A stretch of DNA of 21,413 nucleotides from Andalucia godoyi And28 (lineage: Eukaryota > Protista > Jakobida), in NCBI GenBank assembly GCA_009859145.1, contig VRVR01000009.1, positions 333,643-355,055 of the forward strand, written 5' to 3'. Below, piece after piece: positions 1 to 9,300 of this stretch. The notes beneath the pieces were generated by a model that was not told the DNA's origin, did no database searches, and saw only the letters and a program-made list of their open reading frames with translations. Numbering within the stretch: the first letter of the stretch is position 1; the number at the start of each line of letters is the position of its first letter. A program made the translations under genes and the position numbers.

Positions 1-2
1 TA

Positions 3-1157
3 GTTTTGGTGCTTGCGGGATCATTTTTCGACACCATAGCATGGGTGCTGCGATTCCTTGGGTTTGAAGTGTTTCAATGCATTGGCCTGCCGTCGCTGCG
101 GAACCGGCTTCAGTATGAACGGAAGTACCTGATCCTCTTGGAAGACGAGAGTCTCTGTCATGACCTTCAGTCCATGTCAGAAACATTACAGTGTTTGCAG
201 ATAGTGAAAGAATCCGCATGGAGAAACAGTTACGTTGTTCGCATCCGGTCGCAACATACGTCGAAGATAGCAGACCGAGAGAACAACTCCGGAGCACTGG
301 GGAGTATGCAAGACAGCTGTGCATCATTTACGGATTCGGAAAGCTCGTCCTCATCATCGTATGCTGCTTCCAGCATCGCGTCACCTTCTCTTGGCTCTGT
401 GTCTTCGAATGCAACATCGTCGTCGAAATCGCTCTCAAGCAAGAGCGGCAGTGGAAATGCCTTCAGTGACGGAATTTCATTTTCGGAGGATCTTCTTCCG
501 CTTGTCGAGGCTCGATTCGACGAATCCATCCTGCGCGTGGGTGCCGTGGCTGCGGGAATGTTTGAAAAGGTCGGTCGTTTTTCTGATGCGCTGAAGATGT
601 GTAAGACTTACACTATTTTTAAGCCGCTGGCATGCAAGCCGCTGGAAGATACTCTGATGGCAATTCAAAATGATGGAATTCACAATATGACTTTATCTGT
701 GCACATCGATACGGGCGCGGGATACCATGATCCAACTTCTGTCGACTCTCCAACAGTCGTGATTGAGCTGCCCGCGTGTGCCCTTATTGCAGAAGACAAT
801 CCGCTGAACGCTCGTGTTCTTGCGAAGCATCTCTCCAAGCTCGAATGGGAATACGATGTTGCATGTGACGGAAGCGAGGCTCTTCAGCTCTTCACGGATT
901 CTCCGGAGAAGTACTCTGCGATTTTGATGGATTGCTTCATGCCCGAGATGGACGGTTTTGAAGCGACAACGAAGATTCGCCAGGAAGAAAAACTGATCTC
1001 TGAAACTCATCATATACCGATCATTGCTGTCACCGCGGATGTGCTGTATGAGACTCGAAAAAGGTGTTTTGAAGTTGGAATGGACGACTTTTTATGCAAG
1101 CCTGTGCACAAGGAAACCCTTGGAGCAGTTCTTAAAAAGCACAAATTGAAAAGATAG
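3..1157 (+). CDS. 5'-truncated receiver (REC) domain protein, probably the C-terminus of a hybrid histidine kinase (degenerate REC plus canonical REC)
   Basis: The frame is open to the left window edge. The C-terminal REC (about 780-1140) is canonical: LIAEDNPLN, AILMDCFMPEMDG (phospho-acceptor Asp codon at 930), IIAVTA and DFLCKP. Upstream, WVLRFLGFEV and YTIFKPLACKPLEDTL resemble the two ends of a degenerate first REC around a Ser-rich stretch. Stop is TAG at 1155-1157. Confidence 0.9.
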   Translation, partial: VLVLAGSFFDTIAWVLRFLGFEVFQCIGLPSLRNRLQYERKYLILLEDESLCHDLQSMSETLQCLQIVKESAWRNSYVVRIRSQHTSKIADRENNSGALGSMQDSCASFTDSESSSSSSYAASSIASPSLGSVSSNATSSSKSLSSKSGSGNAFSDGISFSEDLLPLVEARFDESILRVGAVAAGMFEKVGRFSDALKMCKTYTIFKPLACKPLEDTLMAIQNDGIHNMTLSVHIDTGAGYHDPTSVDSPTVVIELPACALIAEDNPLNARVLAKHLSKLEWEYDVACDGSEALQLFTDSPEKYSAILMDCFMPEMDGFEATTKIRQEEKLISETHHIPIIAVTADVLYETRKRCFEVGMDDFLCKPVHKETLGAVLKKHKLKR

Positions 1158-2065
1158 CTGGTGCTGTCTTTCAAACACCTTCTTAGTCGCTTTCGCTGTT
1201 GCCCATGCAACGACGGGATGACGACTTCAGGCACTCTTTGTGGTTTGTTCAGAAGGACGCTTCCATACCAATTGAATTCCGACAATTCGAGATTTGCTCC
1301 GTTTTCCCGTTTTTATGTCTTTATTTTTTAAAATTAAAATTTCCTTTTCTCAATCCCGTCTCCTGCACCCGCTTCCAACTTCCGCTTCTGCTCCCTTTGC
1401 TGCTGGTACTTATGTCGATGGGGGCTGTGCATGCCGGCACATCCCGGAAGATCTTTCCATCGAGGGCGTGGACTATGTTCGGGATGAGCAAACTGTTCCT
1501 GATGATGATGGCGGAGAGGACACGATGGACAGTGCACAGTGATGCCGTGTCCTCCCCTTCCCAGTAAAAATCAGTCTTGTTATTATTATTATTTATTTTT
1601 TTTTGGAAATTCTACCTCCGAGAGTGTCTTTCTTGAGGATTTTCAGATACAAAATCGGGTACCGTCACAAGGAGTGCGAATCACTGCGCGCATCGCGTGT
1701 GCATCGTCTGCGCATCCTACCATCCGAGAAACCGTGGGGGTTGTGCGAGTGCGCTCAAGCAGCTTTAGAGGGAATCATCCGTCTTTACAGGGGGTTTCCT
1801 CAAAAAAGGAACAAACGCGCGCAGTCATCGCCATCAACCATCTTGTTCCGTATTCGGTCGCGAGTCGCGAAGTGCGAATCCCTCGCTCACAGTATATAAC
1901 TCCTCCTCTGCGTATGCGTGGTGGCCCTGCAGATGTTTGCTTCATTTCCACCGAGAACTATCAGATCCTGTTTTCACTTGACACCAGCATCAGCAGGCTT
2001 CTTTACTGCAAGAAAAAGTACCGAATACACCGGGGTTATATACCGAAAACACCAGCAAGGACAGA

Positions 2066-3592
2066 ATGATGGCTGCACGGTCCAACACAGCTTGGAGCGT
2101 GGCCTTTGTGGTGTGCGTGTGCGTGTGCGTGTGCTGCACGTCAAACGTGCTGCTGTTTGCAGATGCAGCGCATGTGTCTCCGTCTCGACACCTGGGCTCC
2201 GTGCACTCGTCCCGCCCTGCCCGCGCATCCTCCGCTGGCAGCAGCGCACCAGCCGCAGCAAACGGACACTTTGTGATGAGCTACTGGACAGACTGGTCCA
2301 TCTACGCATCGACGCCTGTTCCCACGCAGCCGTACCCGCTCCCTGGATCCATCAACGCTGACGGGTCCGTGGCTGCGAACGCCGATCTGACTGCGAAGCT
2401 CGAACACATGAATGCGCTTGCATATGCGTTCCTGCAGGTGGGTCAGGACGGCACGACGTACTTCAACGATCCGAACGCGGATCTTCGGGTGGCCCAGTCG
2501 TTTGCAAACTACGACGCTCTGTTCGGCGCATCTGGTCTCTGCACGGTGGACTCGGCAATCTGCAGCACTGCCCAGACGCCAGCCGCCTGGGGCCGCGGAA
2601 ACTTCCAGGCCTTCATGGGTCTCCAGAATTCCAAGGGCACTCTCAAAAAGCTGATCTCCGTTGGTGGATATGCACACGACGCGTCATTTCTCAGTGCGTT
2701 CCGGAACCCCGACAGGTTCGCATCGACCGTCAAGCTGATCCTGGACAAAACAGCGATGGATGGCATCGATCTTGACTTTGAGCCGGTGTCCATGACCCCC
2801 GATCTCGCATCGCAGTACGCGGCGTTGGTCGCCAAGGTGCGCAGTGCGATCGGCAGCCGGTACATCATCTCGCTCGCCGTACTCTCGGGCCCGTCCTGGC
2901 TGCAGACCGTCGGAGCCGACAACTGGAAAATCCTGTCCGCGAACGCAGATTTCATCGACCTGATGACCTACGACTTTCATGGCGGGTTCGACGCCTCGGG
3001 ACCCGTCGGGGCAACCGGCTACCTCACGAGCCTGACGGCCGACGCGGCATCGCCGTACAACCCGGACTTTTCCGTCCAGCAGTCCGTGCAGTCGCTCTTG
3101 GGGATGGGAGTGCCGTCGCAGAAGATCGTCGTGGGAGTGCCGGCGTACGGCCGCATGCTGACCGGGGTTGCCGCCGGATCGAACTTTGGTCTCTTTGAGA
3201 AGTTCGCGGGCGTGGCGCAGGGCAACCAGGACGAGCCGTCGTGCTCCACGGATCCGCGGTCGGGCATCGCATGCTCGGGATCCTTCACGTACGCATACCT
3301 CGCGCAGCTCGTTGCCGCAGGCACGTTTGTGCAGCACGAGTGGTACGACGGCGGCGTGGTCTCGGGGGTGTGGGCGTATCACGACGGACAGTGGACACCC
3401 GCGGGCACCCAGGCGTCATACTCGCAGGCATTTGTCTCGTACGCTGATGCATCGCTTGTCCAGAGCTACGTGAGCTACGTGCAGTCGCAGTCTCTGGGAG
3501 GAATGCTGATGTGGGATGTTCACGGGGACGTCACTCCAGGAACCTCTGGCAGCCAGTCCTCGCTACTCCAGGTCATGTCCCAGCTATGCTAG
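2066..3592 (+). CDS. Secreted glycoside hydrolase family 18 chitinase (catalytic domain with chitin-insertion domain, no separate chitin-binding module)
   Basis: 508-aa ORF with a hydrophobic N-terminal signal. GH18 motifs: SVGG, catalytic DGIDLDFE (DxxDxDxE, 2759-2782), MTYDFHG, VGVPAYGR and C-terminal GGMLMWD. Strongly GC3-biased codons. Confidence 0.95.
   Translation: MMAARSNTAWSVAFVVCVCVCVCCTSNVLLFADAAHVSPSRHLGSVHSSRPARASSAGSSAPAAANGHFVMSYWTDWSIYASTPVPTQPYPLPGSINADGSVAANADLTAKLEHMNALAYAFLQVGQDGTTYFNDPNADLRVAQSFANYDALFGASGLCTVDSAICSTAQTPAAWGRGNFQAFMGLQNSKGTLKKLISVGGYAHDASFLSAFRNPDRFASTVKLILDKTAMDGIDLDFEPVSMTPDLASQYAALVAKVRSAIGSRYIISLAVLSGPSWLQTVGADNWKILSANADFIDLMTYDFHGGFDASGPVGATGYLTSLTADAASPYNPDFSVQQSVQSLLGMGVPSQKIVVGVPAYGRMLTGVAAGSNFGLFEKFAGVAQGNQDEPSCSTDPRSGIACSGSFTYAYLAQLVAAGTFVQHEWYDGGVVSGVWAYHDGQWTPAGTQASYSQAFVSYADASLVQSYVSYVQSQSLGGMLMWDVHGDVTPGTSGSQSSLLQVMSQLC
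2111..2134 (+). repeat. (GTGTGC)4 microsatellite within the chitinase signal peptide
   Basis: Four perfect GTGTGC copies in frame, encoding VCVCVCVC. Confidence 0.95.
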
Positions 3593-3710
3593 TCTCTGCC
3601 CCCCGTTCTCTCCTCGGGGAACTACGCGCTTTTTGTGAGTCGGTGTTTTTCTTTTCCTTGTGCCATTTCATACGTTGTGTATATATTAAAACAGAGCAAT
3701 TTTGGCTGAA

Positions 3711-4043
3711 ATGCGACGGCATGATGCAACGATGTTCGTGCGGAGCATTTTCCTCTCTGTCTTATTGCGATACTGCATGCACGAGTGGGAACTGTCCGTT
3801 CTCGACAAACTCAGTGTCGACATGGATGAGGGTCTTCGTTTCGAAGTGGATGCACATCATGGAGGCGCCACCGTGAACACTCGCTCTCACTGCTGCGCAC
3901 ATGTGATAGCAAACGACGGAAGTGCTTGTTCGGACATGATCATGAAAGGAACACCACTGAGTACATCGTCACCGGGTCATTTGTCTGGTGGTTTATGGTT
4001 TACATCTTTTCTGCACAACGAGACACCAGCGTTCCAACGATAA
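3711..4043 (+). other. Coding-like ORF directly upstream of the PAS-cyclase; possible upstream exon or frameshifted 5' relic
   Basis: Frame +3 reads MRRHDATMFVRSIFLSVLLRYCMHEWELSVLDKLSVDMDEGLRFEVDAHHGG with protein-like codons. It overlaps the cyclase frame, and I found no convincing splice pair. Confidence 0.3.
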
Positions 4044-5238
4044 CAGCCTGGAAACCATCGATGTTCATGGATTGTGCTCTGAGCACCTTTGTTTCCGTCC
4101 CATCACCATCTGTGGATCGTGCTTGCGAATGTCTGGTCACTCGGAGTTCGAGGTGCTTGGCGCGATGCTGGAGACGTTCTTTGATGTCGACGATGCCTTT
4201 ATGGATTTCCAGAACTTTTTGTCGATGGTGGAGATTCCAGAGATTTTGTCCGACATTCGAGAGTTCAGGTTGCGAGGCGTCCGCAAGAATGCGTCCTCTC
4301 GCGGTGCCGAGCCAGCGATTGACGTTTCTTCGCCGTCCCCACCCGTTATTGGACAGCCAGGGAAGCCAAACCGAGGAGGCACTTTCCCGTGTGTTGTTGC
4401 CGCTATTCCGGATGCGATCGAGTCCGAGACTGCTGGACGCCGTGTCTTTGCCCTCTACGTTCGTGATGTTACCGAAGAAATCCGGCAGCGATCGTTGCTG
4501 GAGCTGGAAAAGCAGAAGTCGACTGATCTGCTGCTGAACATGATGCCTGCTCCGATTGTGGACAGACTGAAGAGAAACGAGCGCCCCACTGCATTCTCGC
4601 ACAAGAGCGTGTCGTGCATTTTCGTGGACCTTGTTGGGTTCTCGACGATGTGCCAGGATCGCATCGCGGAAGGGCCTGGGGCGATTGTGTCCATTCTTGA
4701 CAATCTGTACACCAAGTTTGACCTCGCGGCGGACTCGTTTCAGGTGTTCAAGATCAAGATCATCGGGGACTGCTGGTTCGGTGCAACGGGCCTGCATTTT
4801 TCGAAAATGTATGGATCGGAGCAACAGCACGATCTGGACGTTCAGAACGAGGCGCTGTGTGCTGTTCGCTTCTGCCTGGACGTCATCAAGATTGCAAATG
4901 AGTTTGGCATGCACGTTCGATGTGGCGTCCATACGGGTCCCGTTGTGTCCGGGGTCATTTCCAAGAACCGATACCTGTATGATATCTATGGCCACTCGGT
5001 GAACTACGCCGCACGGCTGGAGCAGACGTGTCCAAAGATCGACGGGGTGCACATGAGCCGAGAAACGTACGAGCTTGTGTACCCGTGGTTTGAGTGCGCG
5101 GAAGTCGAGGCCGTGTTGAAGGGTCTCGGAAAGGCGACGATCTACCTTTTGGTACATATTGGAGAGGCCCCTCGAGCCGATACCGACGAACCATCTGCAG
5201 TTTTTGCCGCATTGCTTTCGAATTGGTCATTTTCGTAG
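3961..5238 (+). CDS. PAS domain - helical linker - class III adenylate cyclase (5' end uncertain; first in-frame ATG at 4129)
   Basis: The frame is open from 3961. PAS-like segments are RMSGHSEFEVLGAMLETFF, RGVRKN...GGTFP and FALYVRDVTE, followed by the linker LELEKQKSTDLLLNMMP. The cyclase core has IFVDLVGFS (Asp 4627), KIKIIGD (Lys 4756, Asp 4768), GVHTGPV and YDIYGHSVNYAARLE. Lys and Asp at the specificity sites indicate ATP use, and the catalytic Asn and Arg are present. Confidence 0.9.
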   Translation, partial: VHRHRVICLVVYGLHLFCTTRHQRSNDNSLETIDVHGLCSEHLCFRPITICGSCLRMSGHSEFEVLGAMLETFFDVDDAFMDFQNFLSMVEIPEILSDIREFRLRGVRKNASSRGAEPAIDVSSPSPPVIGQPGKPNRGGTFPCVVAAIPDAIESETAGRRVFALYVRDVTEEIRQRSLLELEKQKSTDLLLNMMPAPIVDRLKRNERPTAFSHKSVSCIFVDLVGFSTMCQDRIAEGPGAIVSILDNLYTKFDLAADSFQVFKIKIIGDCWFGATGLHFSKMYGSEQQHDLDVQNEALCAVRFCLDVIKIANEFGMHVRCGVHTGPVVSGVISKNRYLYDIYGHSVNYAARLEQTCPKIDGVHMSRETYELVYPWFECAEVEAVLKGLGKATIYLLVHIGEAPRADTDEPSAVFAALLSNWSFS

Positions 5239-6321
5239 GAACGGAGCGGTATCGAATCATCCGCGTATTTATGGATCCAAAATGCGTGGTTTTGCATCTC
5301 ATGTTCAACACAAGGGAAGTTTATCATTCAGGAAACGGACTGCATCGAATTGCAAAGGAGCTGGCCAGGTACTTGTTGAACAACTCGAGCAACTTCGTTT
5401 CCAAAGCTGCGTACTACATTTCTCATGCAGTTCCTTCCAGTCAGGGATTCTGTGCACTGTCCTCACCGTGCAACAGTCCGAAAAGGGACAAACTGTCGAT
5501 AGATCAACTGAGGGACAATCTTTACAATCGAATATTTTGACAGTGTTTAATTATGTACTGGACGTCGCTGAATCATCCGAGTTTCTCAAATTGTACTGTA
5601 AAACACTGCAAATTCTTCAGCAGAGGCCCCCTGTCCAGTGTGTTATGCCCACGTGATTTAGTATAGTACCTCAACCTCAAATATCCCGCGCTGTGTGTGC
5701 ACTCACCCCGCACGAAAACCCAGCGAAAACCCCAGCAAGAAACACCGAATCTCGCAAAACCCACCTCAACCTTAAACGCGCTTGCTTGTGACGATCACCA
5801 AACGGAGGAACATTTTTTTTTTTTTTGATTAGACGGAAGATATGCCTGCACCCCGATGTGCAGGATGTTGAAAGCAATTTCTTTTCCGCGCAGTGGCTCC
5901 CCAGCGTGGGCACTCAGTCACGCCTAGGTCACGCTCCAGCAGACCAGCATACATGTCTGGCTACTCTCCGTATGTTATATCCCAGAGTAAAGCAGAACAG
6001 CAGCGGCTTGGAGGTAAACTCGAATCGCATGTCTTAGCAGACCATGATTACGGCCATCGGAACATTCCTCCCAAGGTACGAGCTATTTTGGTGATTGGCG
6101 GCTGCCAAATTGCAAACACGTTTATGCAGTGGCTGGGTACTTCGGGCATTCCGTGGGAACAACAACAACATCCGTCGTTGGGGTTCCCCGCGCAGACAGC
6201 TTTTTCGTCCATCTCTTCAGTGCTTGGGTCACCGATATTTCCTCGTCTTTTTGATGTGCTTTCGGTTCTTTGTTTTTCTCTCTCCGTTCTTCCTGGCGTC
6301 TTCGCAAGAACGTCATCGATC

Positions 6322-9300
6322 ATGAGTGCTCGTCTGTTTTTTTTGGCGTGCTTTGTTGGAGTGCTGTTTTATTGCACCCGTCACTGTGTTCATGCAGTGA
6401 CATGGTCCGTTGTCGGCACTGGCGCATCGGCATCTCCAGGGAATGCCAACCAGGTCCGCTTGGCGATTGACAGCAAGGACCAGGTGTACCTTGCATTCAA
6501 GGATGATGGCGTCGGCGGCACTGCGAGAGCCAGCGTCATGAAGCTGGACAAGCGCAATAGCTGGGGCTACGTAGGGTCGCGTGCCTTTTCCACTGCAATT
6601 AATTATAACTGGTACTGCTTCTCTTTGGGCATAGACAGGACCGACGTACCGCACATCCTTTTTCGATCGTATTCGGGAGATGACCAGGCTATTTCAATGA
6701 GGTACAACAGCACCACGACATCTTGGGAGTACGTGGGCCCGACGAATTTCACTCCTGTGTCGATTAGTTTTGCATACGCCATTCTTTTTTCTTTGACCAA
6801 CGTTCCTTACGCATTCTTCACTACCCAGGCAACTACCCAGGCAATGGCCATGAAGTATTCCAATAATGTCTGGTCAATCCTTGGTACTGTAACTCAGTTC
6901 TCTCCAGGCTACGCATTAAATCCGGCTGCTGCAATGGACTCCAATGGCACTCCATATATTTTGTTTGGAGATTATGTTTCGTCGACGAATTCTCGAGCAT
7001 CTGTTATGAAACTCAATTCATCGAACGAGTGGGCCCTTGTGGGACAACGCCAGTTTACACCGACAAGCACCTCTAGCACCTACATGGATATTCAAATCCA
7101 TCCTATCACGAACTACCCGTATATTGCATACCGTGGCGATGATACTGTTGGAAACAAACTAACGGTTATGTGTTTTAACGGTACGGAATGGTCGCTCGTG
7201 GGTGGGTCTGCTGGAATTTCAAACGGGTCTGTCGAGAATATCGCCATGCGATTCAATTCCAATGGTACCTTGTATGCTGTGTTCAGGGATGCATCTGCTT
7301 CGAATAAGTTGTCCATGCTCACCTGGAATGGCACTGCGTGGTCGCAGTTTGGCACTCCGGGGTTTTCGCCAACCACCACAAACTCCGCAACGGCTCCTAT
7401 CGGCATCGTAATCTCGTCAAAGGGGGATATTTACGTATCATATACCAACTCAGACAACGCAGCGATGGTGTTGACAACGGCTTCTTTGTCGACACCATCG
7501 TGCCCATCGGGAACGTACATGCTACCTTCCGGCGCCTGCGAGTTGTGCCCCGCTGGATCGTACTACAATTCTTCGGGCCAACAGTCAAACTGCACACTTT
7601 GTCCATCCGGCACATTTAGTGCAGCAGTTGGAGCCAATTCATCGACCACTTGCTCACTCTGTGGCGCTGGATCCTTTGGAAACTCAACGGGCGGAACGAG
7701 CGCATCGTCCTGCTATTTATGTCCTGCTGGTTCTTTTTCCGCAGTCGACGGCGCAACTTCATGCACGCTCTGTGCTGCGGGTACTTACAGCAACGTCAGT
7801 GGTGCGTCCAGTGCGATGGCATGCTTTGCGTATCCAGCGGGCAGCTTCTCTCTTGCCAGCGGATCAGCAACATGTCAACTTTGTGCAGCAGGTACGTTTG
7901 GAAACACAACTGGTGCATCGAGCGCTTCTTCGTGCTTTGAGTGTGCAGCTGGATCGTATGCGACATTGGACGGATCAGCCACTTGCACTCTGTGCGACGC
8001 TGGAACCTACAGTACTGTTCCCGGCGCAGCCAACATCTCTGTTTGTGTTTCTTGTTCTCCTGGTTCCTACTCCACAGTTGCAGGGGCCTCCCAGTGCACC
8101 CTCTGTTCTGCTGGAACGTCAAATAGCGCATCAGGATCTGCAAATAGTTCCGCATGCACGCCATGCTCAGCCGGCAGCTATTCGACAACTCCAGGATCCA
8201 ATTCGTGCACACTATGCTCGTCAGGAACCTATAATCCAAATACTAGCACTACAACAAACGCATCTTGCTTGCTGTGCCCAGCGGGTACCTACAATCCGAA
8301 CAACGGCTCGACGAACGCAGCAGCATGCATCCCGTGCGCGGTGAATTCGTACTCGTCGTCGTCTGGTAGCGCGATCTGTACTGCTTGCAGCACCGGCCAG
8401 TGTGCTTCGACGACTGGGTTGACGTCATGTGCCGCTTGCACATGCGCTCCCGGTCAGTACAGACTTGGCACAACGTCCTGTGCGCAGTGTCCTGCTGGAA
8501 CATGGCAAAATTTGCCGGACCAGACGTCATGCAACTTTTGTCCAATAGGGCTGGCTTCCTCTGCGGTCGGCGCGGCAAATTTCAGTGTCTGCACGCCCTG
8601 TAATCCTGGGACCTACCCCGTATTTGGGTCTGCGAGCTGTGTTCCATGCTACCCTGGGTGGTTTGCACCCGGTTTCGGTAACGGTGGTTGCGGCCCATGT
8701 CCCCCAGGAACGTATATCGGCGCATACGCAAGCGAGGTTTGCGATGCTTGTTCAGCAGGAACCTTTTCGAATACTGCATCCCCATTTTGCATGACTTGCC
8801 CCAGTGGAACGTTTAGTGTGGACAGAGCTCCACGATGCAACGTTTACAATGTTTCCGAGTCGTCATTATCGCCAAGTGAAATGGCACTGTTGTCCTCAGA
8901 CTGGCAATGTACCTCGCGTCAGCTGAGCTCTGCGAACGCATCCCTTGTGGTGTATGCTATTTGGAATCGCCAAGCCGTGAATGTTGACGCATTTGCTTCG
9001 TGCAACGTCAGCACATTTGAAACGCTGCCGACTGCGAGCACCAAAGGAGAGTCGCTGAACTTGGCACTGAATGTGACGACGCTCACTTCTGCAAGTTCGT
9101 GGTTTCAGCAAAACGCAAAGTGTTTCGTCTGCATGCGTGGATCGGCGGCAGGCAGTGTGTGGGTTGCGCTGTCAGAGACAGAGGTTGTTGCGGAGAACTC
9201 GGAGACGCCGGTCGGCGTCATTACTCACGGGCAGCCGAAGTTCGTTTCCACGCCTCCATTCGCCGCCCCAGGTGCACGAATTGTCGAAATCACTCTCATT

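Noticed and set aside
1539-2069. 176-aa ORF before the chitinase
   Set aside because: It crosses AT-rich homopolymer DNA (YYYYLFFF) and has no domain signal; treated as intergenic.
2141-3382. Antisense ORFs of 178 and 232 aa over the chitinase
   Set aside because: In-register shadows expected from high GC3.
4000-5157. 385-aa antisense ORF over the PAS-cyclase
   Set aside because: It is codon-aligned with the sense gene and explained by avoidance of TTA/CTA/TCA codons. No recognisable motifs.
5660-5790. Telomere-like CCTCAA/CCTTAA words
   Set aside because: Only two or three imperfect copies; not a telomeric array.
5893-6321. 143-codon in-frame extension of the surface protein called by the ORF track
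   Set aside because: It starts at GTG and includes a UTR-like pyrimidine tract. A typical signal peptide begins at ATG 6322. The upstream ATGs are not formally excluded.
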